Origin: the human T2T-CHM13v2.0 reference genome, Homo sapiens
NCBI RefSeq assembly: GCF_009914755.1
Contig: NC_060929.1
Length of the DNA stretch: 64,000 nt
Direction: 5' to 3' (one strand)
Both the position numbers and the translations under genes were made by a program. The notes under the pieces were generated by a model, which saw only the letters and a list, made by a program, of their open reading frames with translations, was not told the DNA's origin and ran no database searches. This document shows, in pieces, positions 27,385 through 46,238 of this stretch. The stretch's first letter is position 1. Each line of letters starts with the position of its first letter.

Positions 27385-29748
27385 GTAGCAAAGTATGTCA
27401 TGCATAAATTTGACTTCTATCCTCCTCCTCAATAAAGGCAAACAAAAATGACAGATTTTGCATTTTTAGATAGACTCATAAGGTCATTTTGAATATGGCT
27501 AAACTAAGAAGTATATCTTCTTCAAGTAATTGACAACTGAACACACATAATATTAATCACTATGCCATGTAGGCCACACATTTTTAAAAAGAGCCAAGAT
27601 TTGCTGTAAAAAGTGGCTAGAAGACTAAACCTGGAATTTAAAGCTGTTTTACCCAATACAATTTTATGTTCTCAATGAAGTCGCTGAAAATCTAAGCACA
27701 ATATTGGAGAAACTCAAAGGTATAAGGACAAAAATTAGAGTTAAATGATCTGATAATAGAAGCATCAGTATACTCAGACTTTGAGTTATATCTCATACAG
27801 CTTAACTAAAAATACATACATTTGTACAAAGTAAAGGCTAGTTTTGCACCCTCTGAATCTCTGATTGTTGTTAGTTGATCTGGCATTTTAAAGACTTTGC
27901 TATTTGCCAGCAGTAAACATAAATTATCTCTGAAGATAACATCTTCTAAGGCCTTATGTTAACTGAGCTACATGAAATATATAATAAGTAAAGACGTAAG
28001 AAATATGACTGGCCCCATCGTTGTTCTCAGCCTTGGGATGCTTGTCTTGGGCAAACTTGATGTAGACTACAGGAGCAACCAATAAGTAAAGAAAGACTTC
28101 AGCATAACTCTCAAATTATGCACAATCCAACAGATAGCTGAGTGTAGATGATAATCATGGCAAGATTCTTGATTATAACTGGTGATTGTCCAGCAAAAAA
28201 TGAATGGGTACACTATTTTTTTATATTGTTATCTCAGTAAAAAGAAACACTTCTTCTAGATGAGGTTTCTTCTCCATCCTATTTTCTCATATAGATTTGT
28301 ATGGCTTTTATCATACCAACTGTGTCTGAAAGCCTTAGGTCTAACTCTGGCAGCTCTCCTCTCTCCAACAACCCAAGGTGTATGCTAGTTCTCCTGAACA
28401 TTAACAAAAAAGATTAAGCATTATAAGGTTGTTTTAGTGCCTATATGTTATGTGCATTTTCACTTCCTTATTTCAATGATATATTATTAAGTACTGATAC
28501 AACCACATTGTTTTATTCTATTGATCATGGTCTATCCATATTTGTGAAAATTACTGCAAAATTTTAAAACATAAAACATGAATTCTAGGGATGATAGTTT
28601 ATGTCACTGTGTATTCACATACTTTTAGAAAATACACATTTCAAGGGGATCAATATTTGATCAATTATTTTTTGTCTGAGCTACATATTCTAATGTTACT
28701 TATTTAATTCACAGTAATTCATCATCAGAATTTTTTTCCCAACATTGATTTGCCTGTGATTGCTAGAATTATGCAAGGAAATTGGACTTTTTAAATATAT
28801 GAGACATAGTTTTAGTATAAGAATGTGGCATAATGTGTAATTTTCTTTTGCAAATTGTATACATGGTGCTAAATAAAAATTATGTCTAGCATTCCCCCTG
28901 AGAACCAGAACAAGATAAGGATGTTCACTCTCCCCATTCCTATTCAGCATAGTACTAGAAATCCTAGCAAGAAAAATCAGGAAAGAGAAAGAAATAAAAG
29001 GCATCCAAAATAGGAGGAGAGAATGTTAAACTATCTCCTTTTTCAGGCAATATTATTCTATACCTAGAAACATACAGTGTCTGCCCAAAAGCTCTTAGAA
29101 CTGATATACAACTTTAGTAAAGTTTCAGGATACAAAATCAATGTACAAAAGTCCATGGCATTTCTATACACTGATAATGTCCAAGCTGAGAAGCAAATTA
29201 AGAATGCAATATCACTCACAACAGCCACAAAAATAATAAAATAGCTAGGCACACAGCAAACCAAGGACGTGAAAGATTCCCGTGGCAAGAATTACAAAAC
29301 ATTACTGAAGGAATTCAGAGACTGCACAAACAAATGGCTAAAACTTTCCATGCTCATGGATAGGAAGAATCATTATTACTAAAATGGCCATATCGCCCAA
29401 AGCAATTTACATATTCAATGTTATCCCTATCAAACTATCAACATCATTTTTCACAGATTAGAAAAAAAAAAAACTATTCTGAAATTCAAATAGAACCAAA
29501 AAGGATCCCGAATGGCCAAATCAATCCTAAGCAATAGGAACACAACTGGATGCATCACATTACCCAACTTTATACTACAAGGCTGCAATAACCAAAGAGC
29601 ATGGTATTAGTACAAAAACAGACAGGTGGGCCAAATGACCAGGTTAGAGAACACAGAAATAAGTCTGCACAGATACAACCATCTGTTCTTCAACAAAGTT
29701 GACAATGACAAGCAATAGAAAAAGAACTCCTATTTAATAAATGATGCT

Positions 29749-32076
<2,328 letters not shown>

Positions 32077-32912
32077 AATAAATGATGCTTGGAGAAGTGG
32101 CTAGCCATATGCAGAAAATGGAAACTGAACCACTTTCTTTCATCATGTACAAAACTCAACTCAAGATGGATTAAAGACTTAAATTTAAAACCTAAAACTA
32201 TAAAAGCCCTAGAAGAAAGCCTAGGACATAGCATTCTGGACATAGGCCTTGGCAAAGATTTCAGGATGAAGACTCCAAAAGCAATTGCAACAAAAACAAA
32301 AATTGACAAGTGAGATCTAATAAAACTAAAGAGCTTCTGCCCGGCAAAAGAAACTATCAACAGAGTAAACAGACAATCTACAGAATGATAAAATAAATAT
32401 TTGCAAACTCTGCCTCTGACAAAGGTCTAATATGCAGATCTATAAGGAATGAAATTAAATCAACAAGCAAAAACCAACTTCATTAAAAATGGGCAGAGGA
32501 AATTAACAGACACTTCTTAATGAGGACATACATGTTGCCAACAAGCATATAAAAAATGTTCAAGATCACTAATTATTAGAGAAATGCAAATCAAAACCAC
32601 AATGGATTACTATCACACCAGTCATAAGGGCTATTATTAAGAAGACAAAATGTAATAGATGTTGGTGAGGTTGCAGAGAAAAGGGAATGTATATCCAGTG
32701 CTGGTGGGAATGTGAATTATTTCAGCCACTGTGGAAAGCAGTTTGGAGAATACTCAAAGAACATAAAACAGAACTATAATTTGACCCAGCAATCCTATTA
32801 CTTGGTATATACCCAAAGGAATATAAATTATTCTGCCATAGAGATGCACACACAAGTATGTTCATCACAGTACTATTCACAATAGTAAAGACATGGAATC
32901 AACCTAGATGCC

Positions 32913-33288
32913 TGATACGGTTAGGTTTTGTGTTCTCACCCAAATTTCATCTTGAATTGTAATCCGCATAATCCCCATGTATCAAGGTGGAGACCAGGTC
33001 GAGGTAATTGAATAACGGGATTGGTTCCCCTATGCTGTTTTCATGATAGTGAGTAAGTTCTCACAAGATCTGATGGTTGTACGAAGGGCTCCTCCCCATT
33101 TGCTCGGCATTTCTCCTTCCTGCCACCTTGTGATGAAGGTGCCTTGCTTCCCCTTTGCCTTCTGCTATGATTGTAAGTTTTCTGAGGCCTCCCCGCCATG
33201 ATGAACTGTGAGTCAGTTAAATTCTTTCCTTTATAAATTACCCAGTCTCTGGCAGCTTTTTATAGCAGTATGAAAACAGACTAATACC
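32913..33288 (+). mobile_element. THE1D-like solo LTR inserted in the older L1
   Basis: Starts tgatacggttaggttttgtg, ends aaacagactaatacc; exact 5-bp TSD atgcc (32908-32912 / 33289-33293). Confidence 0.9.
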
Positions 33289-33714
33289 ATGCCCATTAAT
33301 GGTGGACTGGATTTAAAAAATGTGATACATATACATCATGGAATACAGTACAGTCATAAAAAGACTGAGGTCATGTTCTTTGCAGCAACATGGATGTAAT
33401 TGAAGGCGATTATCCTAATGAAATCAACACAGAAAATCAAAAACACATTTTCTCAAATATAAATGGGAGCTAAATATTGAGTACACACAGACCTAAAGAG
33501 GGGAACAGTAGACACTTGGGCTTACTTAAGGGTGGAAAATTGAAGGAGGGTAAGGTTGAAAAACTACTTATCAAGTACTCTGCTCACTATCTGGGTGATG
33601 AAATAATTTGTACATCAAACCCCAGAAAGATGCAATATATGCATATATCAAAACTGCTCATGTATTCCCTGAATCTAAAATGAAGATGGAGAAAAATACT
33701 TCTAAAGACTGAGG

Positions 33715-33860
33715 AAGATACTGTTTTCCATAATGGCTGTGCCAGAATTACAATAACCCTAACAGTGTACAAGGATTCTCTTTCTTCCACATCCATGCCA
33801 ACACTTTTTATCATTTGGCTCTTTGATGATATTTTCTAACAGGTGTGAGGTGATGCATGT
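33715..33860 (-). mobile_element. Short old L1 ORF2 3' fragment
   Basis: ctgttttccataatggctgt...cagtgtacaaggattctctttcttccacatcc; ORFs give QPLWKTV and KCWHGCG L1 motifs. Confidence 0.65.
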
Positions 33861-34499
33861 GTGTGACTCTGTTAGTATTAAGAAAATGTATTTATATACC
33901 TTTTCTGTAGATCCAAAACCATACAACCTCAGATATAATATGTTCAAAGAAGAAGATGTATTGAGAAGTTAGCTTTGTAAAGTTATAGCATTAAAATTTT
34001 CAAAAGTATGCTCATTGGGCAGATTCATGATTTTCTGCTTTATCAATTTCCAGTATGTTTATGGAATATGCATACATGCTCATCAAAAATGTGTGCCAGG
34101 GTTACTTATTTAAACCATCTCTGTTTCACTCACAAAAGCATATATGATCACCCTATTTATATTGAAGATGTAGCTAATAAAATTAAGACTTATTTTTAAA
34201 ATGGTATAATGATTCATGGCATATATAAGCAGTCAAAGACAAAACCGACTATGAACCAGGTCCATTCCAATTAAGTTAAGCCCCAGAGTAGAAGAATGAC
34301 AGTGATGTCAAAACATTTTATTTGTTTCTGTATCTTTCCCTTATAAATAAGTCTCATTTCTTTCTACCAAAGCCAGATGTCAGTGAGTGCTTAAATGATT
34401 TGAACAATAAAGTAGGATTTAAAAATTAAAATGTTTTCATTCTCCGAAAATAGCCTAAAAGTAATTGAGTAATTGTAGCACATTTTAAATAAACTTTAG

Positions 34500-36160
<1,661 letters not shown>

Positions 36161-37482
36161 AAACATGTTGTAAATTTGGTAATAAATAAGATACTTAGTT
36201 GGATTATTTTGTTTTATCAATTCACGATTTAAAAATCTAGTCTTCATGATTTGAACATCAACAACCTCAGATGTTTGATATTTCTGATTAATTGATATTT
36301 TTGTTTATAAATTATTAAAAGCATGTATATACACATATATGTTCATATTTATTGTTAGTTTTTAATTTTTATTCATCATTATGTTTTATTTAACTATTAT
36401 ACACTTATTTTATTGAAAGAGATTCCTATAGGTTTTCTTTCACCATATTCTTGTCAGACTTACTCCTCAATGTTCTAGTTATATCCAAAAAACAAATATA
36501 ATGATATGTATTCATTGTTTAAAGTCCATATTGCTTTTTGTAGCTAATTCATTTTTTAAAAAATTTCTCAAACTTATTGTATATTTATTGAGAAGAATTG
36601 CAATAAAACAAAATCAAACCAAAATTTTAGATTGATTGAAATGTATATACCTAAACAATTGTACATATTGTTTGAACACTAAACTCAAAGATTATTAACA
36701 TAATTGTTTATATAGATAACAACTCTGTAAGAATTAGTAAAGATAGTAATAGGTGTATAAATAATAACAAAATAATCATAAAATTATAATTTTAATATGA
36801 AGCTAACATAAAAGAATTAGAGTCAATAGAGAGTATGGGAAAAAACAAAAAAGTTATTTAAGTTTAGTCAATGATTTAGGCCACATTCATAGAGAAATTG
36901 CTATATTTCACGCTCTAAACTTGGCAGACAGCAAGGATATAGAAAAATATGATCATGCAGTAATGGAAATTATGGTATCAGAATCTAGAAAAGGTGACAG
37001 TAGACCACTAAAAAAAGTATCTAATATTATTGTAATTAGGACAAATAAAGAGAAATAAAAGGGCAATATAAAATATCGAGTCTTTAAACATGCAGAGTGA
37101 TTGGAATAAAATTCAGAGACATCACGAAAAATCAATATATGAGAATCAGCAGGAGTGGTCAGTTAGTTAAAATTTAGTCAAAATTATTTTCAAAATGTAA
37201 AAATTACCAAATATGTCAACCGCTAAAAGGTGAAGTGAAACTGATTTTCATTTGCATGTGGTTATAAAATAAATTTTCAGTAATTTATTTTCTTATGATA
37301 ACAAGTTAGTATATATAGAAAAAACCTCATAAAAATGATATGCGAATATTGATATAAGCCATATGGGAATAAATTTAATTAGAATATTTTTAGAGTACAA
37401 ATGAAAAAAAAGAAACCTATCCAGGGACATAAAAGAAAATTAAAAATAAATGTGTATCTTTTTCTGATGTGAAATGACTTAT

Positions 37483-37941
37483 TGTAGAGGTAGCAATACT
37501 TTCCAAATTATTACTATTTTTTTCTTTTCTAAAAGAAAAGATATTTATTTGAAAATAGAGCATTGCAATGGGAATATGTGTGTCATGGTAAACTATGTGT
37601 GTATTCATGAGGGTCAAGGAAGACAGATTTTTAAAGGAAAAATGGGGAGAATTACATACTTCTTTTGAGATAATTGTCCTTGGGTACAAGGATCAATAAC
37701 AAGGGTAGTTTAAGTCTGAGTTTGGACAGGTAGTTTCTGGACAGGTGTTCTTGAAGAAGCATTTTTTGTGTATAGTTGTCATGGCCTTTTTTGCAAGGTT
37801 GTGGTATTTGCAAGTCTTTTGTTATGGTTTACGATATCAGGTATTTATGCCTGAGAACCCTTCCCTTAATGGCCTATCTAAGCTCTATTTGTCAAGTGTT
37901 TTTCCTTTTTTGGTTTTCTTGTTTGCTTGTTTGTTTTAACA
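37483..37941 (-). mobile_element. Probable ERV1-class (MER4-group-like) solo LTR
   Basis: TG...CA-bounded ~460-bp GC-richer block with LTR-like phrases; family not pinned down, no clean TSD. Confidence 0.45.
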
Positions 37942-37974
37942 TAGGTACTCCATTAAAAAGAAAAAAATACCATC

Positions 37975-40154
37975 TGTATTAGTTCATTTTAATGCTGCTG
38001 ATAAAGACATAACCGAGACTGGGAAGAAAAGGAGGTTTAATTGGACTTACAGTTCCGCATGGCTGGGGAGGCCTCAGAATCATGGCAGGAGGTGAAAGCC
38101 ACTTCTTACATGGCGGCGGCAAGAGAAAAATGAGGAAGAAACAAAAGCAGAAATCCCTGATAAACCCATCAGATCTCATAAGATTTATTCGCTATCATAA
38201 GAATAGCATGGGAAAGACGGGTCCCATAATTCAATTACCTCCCTCTCTGTCCCTCCCACAACATATAGGACTTCTGGGAGATACTATTCAAGCTGAGATT
38301 TGGGTGAGAACACAGCCAAACCTTATCATTCCACCCCTGGTCCCTCCAAATCTCTTGTCCTCACATTTCAAAACCAATCATGCCTTCCCAGCAGTCCCCC
38401 AAAGGCTTAACTCATTTCAGTATTAACCCAAAAGTCCACAGTCCAAAGTCTCATCTGAGACAAGGCAAGTCCCTTCTGCCTATGAGCCTGTAAAATCAAA
38501 CACAATCTAGTGACTTCCTAGATACAAGGGGGGACAAGTATTAGGTAAATACAGCCATTCCAAATCAGAGAAATTGGCCAAAACAAAGGGGTTACAGGGC
38601 CCACGAAAGTCCAAAATCCAGTGGGGCAGTCAAATTTTAAAGGTCCAAAATGATCTCCTTTGACTCTAGGTCTCAAACCCAGGTCACTCTGATGCAAGAG
38701 GTGGGTTCTCATGGTCACAGGCAGCCCTGCCTCTGTGGCTTTGCAGGGAACAGCATCCTTCCCTGCTGCTTTCAAGGGCTGGCATTGAGTGTCTGCGGCT
38801 ATTCCAGGCACACGGTGCAGTGCTCCAGTAGGGATGTTGTGTGGGGGCTCTGACCCCACATTTCCCTTCCCTCATGCCCAAGCATGAGGGCTGCATCCCT
38901 GCAGAAAACTTTTGCCTGGGCATCCAGGTGTTTCCATACATCTTCTGATACCTAGGTGGAAGCTTCCAAACCTCGATTCTTGACTTCTGTGCACCCACAG
39001 GCTCAATACCACGTGGAAACTGCCAAGGCTTGGGGCTTCCACCCTCTGAAGCCACAGTCCATGCTGTACATTGGCCCCTTTCAGCCAAGGCTGGAACAGC
39101 TGGGACACAGGGCACCAAGTCCCTAGGCTGCACACAGCATGGGGACCTTGGGTCTGGCCCATGAAACCACTTTTTCCTTCGGGCCCTCTGGGTTTGTGAT
39201 GGGAGGGGCTGCCATGAAGATCTCTGACATAGCCTGGAGACATTTTTCCCATGGTCTTGGGCATTAACATTAGGCTCCTTGTTATTTATGCAAATTTCTG
39301 CAGCCAACTTGAATTTCTCCTCAAAAACTGGGTTTTTCATTCCTAGTGCATCATCAGGCTGCAAATTTTCTGAACTTTTATGCTCTAGGATGCTTTTAAC
39401 AGCACCCAAGTCACCTTTTGAATGCTTTGCTGCTTAGAAATTTCTTTCACCAGATATCCTAAATCATCTCTCCCAAGTTCAAAGTTCCATAAATCTCTAG
39501 TGCAGGGGAAAAATGCCCTCAGTTTCTTTGCCAAAATATAACAGGAGTCACCTTTTCTCCAGTTCCCAACAAGTTTCTCATCACTATCTGAGACCACCTC
39601 AGCCTGGACCTTATTGTTTACATCACTATCAGCATTTTTGTCAAAGCCATTCAGCAAGTCTTCAGGAGATTCCAAACTTTCCTACATTTTCCTGTCTTCT
39701 TCAAACTGTTCCAACCTTTGCCTGTTACCAAGTTCCAAAGTTGCTTCCACATTTTCGGGTATCTTTTCAGCTATGCCCCACTCTACTGGTACCAATTTAC
39801 TGTATTACTCCATTTTCACACTGCTGACAAAGACATACCTGAGACTGGGAAGAAAAGGAAGTTTAATTGGACTTACAATTCCACATGGCTGGGGAGGCCT
39901 CAGAATCATGGCGGGAGATGAAAAGCACTTCTTACATGGCAGCTGCAAGAGAAAAAATGAGGAGGAAGCAAAAGCAGAAACCCCTGATAAACCTATCAGA
40001 TCTTGTGAGACTTGTTCACTATCATGAGAATAGCACAGGATGACCAGCCCCCATGATTCAGTTATCTCCCTCTTGGTCCCTTCCACAACACATGGAAATT
40101 CTGGGAGATACTATTAAAGTTGAGATTAGGGTGGGAACACAGTCAACCACATTA
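37975..40154 (-). mobile_element. Full-length THE1A-like MaLR element (LTR 37975-38328, internal 38329-39800, LTR 39801-40154)
   Basis: Two similar ~354-bp LTRs (tgtatta...ccatatca-like ends) flanking THE1-int sequence; TSD ccatc/tcatc; internal ORFs are MaLR-derived. Confidence 0.93.
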
Positions 40155-40159
40155 TCATC

Positions 40160-40454
<295 letters not shown>

Positions 40455-40464
40455 CTCTTTATCA

Positions 40465-40642
<178 letters not shown>

Positions 40643-40654
40643 GACTCTTTAAAT

Positions 40655-40665
40655 TTCATTTCATT

Positions 40666-40696
<31 letters not shown>

Positions 40697-41296
40697 TTTC
40701 ATTTTTTAATTTTATTAAACTTTAAGTTCTGGGATACATGTGCAGAATGTGCAGGTTTGTTACATAGATATACATGTGCCATAGCGGTTTGCTGCACCCA
40801 TCAACCCATCATCTACATTAAGTATTTCTCCCATTGCTATCTCTCCCCTAGCCCCCAACCCCCGACAGGCCCCGGTGTGTGATGTTCCCCTCCCTGTGTC
40901 TGCATGTTCTCATTGTTCAACTCCCACTTATGAGTGAGAACATGTGGTGTTTGGTTTCTGTTCTTGTGTTAGTTTGGTGAGAATGATGCATTCCCTCTTC
41001 ATCCATGTCCCTGCAAAGGACATGAATTCATCCTTTTCTATGGCTGCATAGTATTCTATGGTGTATATGTGCCACATTTTCTTTATCCAGTCTATCACTG
41101 ATGGGCATTTGGGTTAGTTCCAAGTCTTAGCTATTGTGAACAGTGCTGCAATAAACATATGTATGCATGTGTCTTTATAGTAGAATGATTTATAATCCTT
41201 TGGGTATATACCCAGTAATGGGATTGCTGAGCCAAATGGTATTTCTGGTTTTAGATCCTTGAGTAATCGCCCCACTGTCTTCCACAATGGTTGAAC
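40655..41296 (-). mobile_element. L1PA7/8-like 3' end with (TTTA)n tail
   Basis: ORF 41114-41299 = VQPLWK...KDYKSFYYKDTC...TIAKTWN; complete 3'UTR ctttaagttctgggatacatgtgcag. Confidence 0.9.
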
Positions 41297-41699
41297 CATT
41301 TTTAAGTGTACAGTTCAGTGGTAATAAATTCATTTTTTTTCCTCGATCATCCTCTTCTTTCTCTTCCCCAGCTTTTCAAATTAACAATGTAATCAACTCA
41401 GTGATAAAATCGCAATGATATTTTCAGAATTGATAGACAATAAATAGGTAGATAGATACATGGGTAGATGGGTGATAAAACAAATCATAAATAGGAACTT
41501 GGATTACTAAGAATTCCACTGTTATCACTGGCTGACCCAATACGCATAACTAACTTCCTCTATTTTACTTATCTTGAATGTAAAGTCTGAGAATGTGCTT
41601 GTAGCTAAAGGCTGTTACATGAAATGATTCTGGCTAAAAAAGAAAATCTCGTAATTTGAGAAGGGAAAGTAGGTACAATTGCTAAATGTAGAATAAAAT

Positions 41700-42900
41700 A
41701 AGGCAAATGGTCAAAATTTATTTTGAAAACATAGAGAGCCAAAAGGATGATAAAATAACAATAGAGAAAGATGATATTTTAAAAAAATCTGTAAACACAA
41801 AAATGAAATACAAAGAACAAAAGCATAATCAATGAAATAGATGAGATGTTTCAAAATGCCGTGTTCCTATAGATAATATATATCATAAAAGGCAAATGTA
41901 AGCAATTTGGAAAACTTAATTGCTAATGTGAAATTACAAAACCCCTTGGGTCCTTAACTAAAATATAATCAAAATTTGAAAAAACTAAATATTTTTAAAA
42001 TACAAGCAAAACAAAATAGTAGTAGGATATTTTTTGTAATATAAAAGTGTGATTAAAATTAATTATAAATGTAGCTAACTTTAAACCTGTAATAAAATGA
42101 AAATGATAACCATATCTGCTAAGTTATTGCAATCTATAGTTAAAGCAATAAAAAAGCAATTAGAAGAAAGCATAAGGACTAAAATGAGAAAAATCTTTGC
42201 ATCATAAATGACAGACAGTTAATAACCCCAATATAAAAAATAATACTAGTTGGTAAGAAAAAGGCAAACCACTTAGAAAAAGCAAGTGTAGTTCCAAAGA
42301 GCAATTAATGGAAAAGCAAAACCAATGGGAAGTGTAACTGTTATAATTGTAATAGTTATAATAATATGAAGTAACATAACAAGTAGATATACTTTTTACC
42401 CATAAAATTGACAATTTTTTTAAATTAAAATTTTTAAAGTTATTCAGTCTTGCCAAGGAATTGAGCACATTGGTACTTTTATGAGGTGAATGCTGTTGAA
42501 ACTATCAGTTTCTGGTATCTATGGGGAAGGTAATATAGCTATAGCCACTGATAAAATATATTTAAATCTCAAATAAAGACATATATGCTATAGGAAAAAT
42601 ATCACCCAGATATAAGAATGTATTTTCCAATATCCTTACTTTTTGTACCAATAATAACCATAAAAATAAAAAATACGTACAGGCAGAAAACAATTTAAAT
42701 GCCCATCAAAAGGATGTTTCAATAATATTGTATATATAAATATACATATATATATATATATATATATAATTGAAAGTTATTAATCTACTGACTCATTATA
42801 TCAATCTACACTTATTGACCTAGGGGAATATTTAAGATGTTGTTAATTGGGAAGAAAGATGTATATTACAATTTTAATTTTTTAAAAGCAAATAACCAAA
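41700..42900 (+). mobile_element. Highly degraded L1M(E) 3' fragments
   Basis: A-rich strand with faint L1 3' phrases (aaaaatctttgcatc, ttttacccataaaattgacaa, aaatgcccatcaaaagg). Confidence 0.4.
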
Positions 42901-42934
42901 AAACCCTAGATAGATACAAAGGTAGATCATAGGT

Positions 42935-42938
<4 letters not shown>

Positions 42939-42986
<48 letters not shown>
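42939..42986 (+). repeat. (GA)24 microsatellite
   Basis: Uninterrupted GA run. Confidence 0.97.
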
Positions 42987-42990
<4 letters not shown>

Positions 42991-43707
42991 TGTTTTTAAT
43001 TGTGCTTTAAGAAAATCAACTATATTCCCTAGGCCATATAAAATTACAATAAAATGAGAGGGTGTTATAAAAAGGAAAGAAAAAGCTCAGACAGGCCCCC
43101 AAATCTTTAGTTGTGGTATTAACACATTAGGTTCTTCATTGCACAAATACCTTTTAATATAAAACAATTAGGGTCCTGCTCAAAAATTAAAAAAAAAACT
43201 ATACATTGATATCCCAGAAATGCCCTTCATAGTTTGATAATTTTAGCACCTAACTTGTTTTCTTTTATTCCCCTTTTCTATTACCATATTTAGTGACTAC
43301 CACATCCATTTGATCTTCCTGCTAAGGTTTAATTCTCCTGAACATTCCTTTCAAATTTTCTTTTCTTAACCACTTTCAGCCAACAAACATTTTATCACCA
43401 ATTTCTATACCACACCTGAAGTCTCAACAGCCACCTATCCATGAGGTGTGTCTACTATCTCCTATCCCACTGACAAAGGTAATATAAGCTCCTGTTCCCC
43501 AATATTATGCCACCCAAAACACTTTAAAATTTCAGAAATATTTCTAAATCAAATTCTCTAAGTCACTGACTTCCACACTTGCATGGCAGCCTACACATAA
43601 AATCCCAAATCTGGTAAACTCTAACTTACCTACTCTACATTGTTGAGCAAACACTTGACCAGGATACAAATTTGTCAAATGTTCTCACCTTAAACTCAGA
43701 CCATTAG

Positions 43708-44190
43708 GGTCAGGCACTGTGATTCACTGCTGTAATCCCAGCAGCACTTTGAGAGGCTGAGGCAGGAGGATGGCTTGAAGCGCAGGAATTCCAAACCAGT
43801 CTGGGAAACATAGTGAGGTCTTGCCTGTATTAGTTCATTCTTGCACTGCTATAAAGAAATACCTGAGATTAGGTAATTTATAAGGGAAAATGGTTTTATT
43901 GGCTCATGGTTCTGCAGGCTGTGCAGAAGGCATGGCAGCATCGGTTTCTGGGGAGACCTCAGGGAGCTTTTACTCATGGTGGAAAGCAAAGTGGAAGTAG
44001 GCATCTTCACATGTCTGGAGCAGGATGGTGTTAAACCATGAGAAACTGCCCCCAGTATCCAATCACCTCCCACCAGGTTATACCTCTAACATGGGGTACT
44101 AAAATTAGACATGAAATTTGGGCAGGGACACAGATCCAAAACATATCACCGTCTCTACAATAAATAAATAAATGAATAAATAAAAAAAAA
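43708..44190 (+). mobile_element. FLAM/AluJ-type left monomer split by an MST LTR
   Basis: ggtcaggcactgtgattcac...catagtgaggtcttgcc (to 43825) resumes ccgtctctacaataaataaat (44149-44190). Confidence 0.78.
43826..44148 (-). mobile_element. MSTA/MSTB-like solo LTR (ERVL-MaLR), internally shortened
   Basis: tgtattagttcattcttgcactgctataaagaaatacctgag...ggacacagatccaaaacatatca; degenerate 5-bp TSD ttgcc/ccgtc. Confidence 0.85.
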
Positions 44191-44231
44191 GAGTTAGGAC
44201 ATTCTCCCTAAATTGACATGAAAACTACTTT

Positions 44232-44370
44232 AAACCAATGCTTCTCAATCCCTTATATGGAGAGAAATAAGCTGAAAAATTTGCTAATGAAACTTCGATT
44301 TAATAAGTTTGAGATGGGTTTGGGTTTCTTCATTTCTAAGAGGTACACAGCCGTTGCTAATGCTGCTGAT
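44232..44370. mobile_element. Possible MER5-type hAT fragment
   Basis: caatgcttctcaa start and catttctaag...gctaatgctgctg phrase. Confidence 0.4.
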
Positions 44371-44479
44371 ACTTCTGTAAAGAGAATTAAAATACCACTC
44401 CCCTTTGCTGATTATAATTATCATTTTATGGTATGTTTGTTTTCACATTTTTTAATACATGACTTAAAACTTACACAAT

Positions 44480-44760
44480 GCACCAACTTCGTATTCACCA
44501 GGAGAGTTTCAGAGAGATCCACCCAGCAACATGGGCAGGCATTACAGAAACGGCTTCATTGGCTACAGCTCAGCATTTACCTTATTTGGGGATAATGTGT
44601 TGATGTATTTGCCTTTTATGGACATAGTTGGGTTGCAGTTTGTCTACACACTAAGGTTGCCATTTTCTGCATTCAGAGAACAAATTAATCTAACAAGCTT
44701 ATATCCTATTGGAGGATAAAGCAGTTTCTCCTCAAAGTCTATATTTTAAGACAATCTCAA
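44480..44760. mobile_element. Possible ERV1 LTR fragment
   Basis: attggctacagctcagcatttaccttatttg and ggttgcagtttg phrases recall MER4-group LTRs. Confidence 0.4.
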
Positions 44761-44843
44761 ACAATGAAGTTAAGTTTTTCTAAAGCAAGGAATTTTGTCA
44801 TCCTAAACACATTCTAAAAAGGCTATTTTTTAACTCCAAGGCA

Positions 44844-44846
<3 letters not shown>

Positions 44847-44897
<51 letters not shown>
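44847..44897 (+). repeat. (CT)25 microsatellite
   Basis: Uninterrupted CT run. Confidence 0.97.
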
Positions 44898-44900
<3 letters not shown>

Positions 44901-45957
44901 CTTGCTCTGCTTTCTCTGTGTGTCTGTGTGTAAATTTTATCATCATATGATTATATGATTCCCTTCTTATGGTTTATTTTTTTTCTATTCTGATAAAAAT
45001 TGATACATTCAAGGATAAAGACAAAATATTTTTTGGACATAAATTTGGAAAGAAACAATGAGAAAATAAGTGGATTTAACGTTCTAGAAAGATGTTCATT
45101 AAGACATAAGTGCCAATATACTTTATTAAACTGATAGTATTACATGAGTTGGCAAAGAGCCTTCTTGGTTTGATCAGGGTTAGAGTAAGTTTATAATAAC
45201 CAGAGTTGTGTGTAACATTATTTGAAATATTACTGTTTTTGTTGTTTTACTATTTACAATGTTTTTACTCATTTTTCTGTGTATTGATTTAACATTAAGG
45301 CAATTACGCATTTGAAGAATTTCATAATAATTTTCCTTGTGAGTGAAATAATTGTTAGAAAGGACCTGAGGGCTAAGAAACAATAATATAAAATGCAATA
45401 AATTTTATTTTATAAAATTATTGGAAAGGCAAAGTTTTTTTTGTTGTTGTTAATTGATGCAAGCTTGTAATATCTGCTGATATAGTTTGTCTGGTATCAG
45501 TTCCTCAGTGATGATGTTATTGGTGACATAACCCTCCGAACTTTTAAGTGGCATCAACTTTCTTCAGCTTCTCTTGTTTTAGTCATAGCCATTATATAAG
45601 TAGTGTTTGCAAATTTTTGAACTTTAATTTTCGCTTAAAAATAAATGCCATTTTTTTACTCCATACAATATTATTTTTCTTTCTTCTTATTATTAAATGA
45701 GCATTAGTAGAAATCTTTAAAGATCTTCAAAGATAAGCACCTTATAAATAACAGAAAACTGTGATCTTTATGGGTTTCTGTGGAAAAAAAAACTTTTACA
45801 CAGATGAGATAGGTAGACTGTGATGTGTCTCTTTTTTTGTTGTTGTTGTTTTGTTTTGTTTTTGTTTTTGTTAGTTTGTTTTCAGAAGCACCAACTCGAC
45901 CCTTAAAGTGCTACCTCAGTTTTAGGTGATTCTCCTTGTCTCTTAAAAGCAAATTTA

Positions 45958-46238
45958 GGCTGGGCACGGAACCTCACATGGACTTTGGGAGGCATCACTT
46001 GAGCTTAGGAGTTCAACACCAGCCTTGGCAACATAATGAAACACTGGTCTCTACAAAAAATGTTGAAAAACAATTTAACCAGGATATCTGGTGTTGTGTA
46101 GCTGTAGTTCCAGCTATCATTCCAGCTACTCAGGTGGCTGAGGTGGGCGTATCGCTTGAGCCCAGCAGATCAAGTCTGCAGGGAGCCATGACCACACCCC
46201 TGTACTCTACCCTGAGTGACAAGACCCCATTTCCAAAA
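45958..46238 (+). mobile_element. Diverged AluJ with internal deletions
   Basis: ggctgggcacgg...cacttgagcttaggagttc...cgcttgagcccag...ctgcagggagccatgaccacacc AluJ diagnostics. Confidence 0.8.

Noticed and set aside
38518-39675. 241-aa and neighbouring ORFs
   Set aside because: They lie in THE1 internal sequence, and the paralogous copy at 55772-57346 has different breaks; no evidence of a host gene.
44218-44719. 125-aa and 62-aa ORFs
   Set aside because: They span probable MER5 and LTR fragments and show no recognisable domain.
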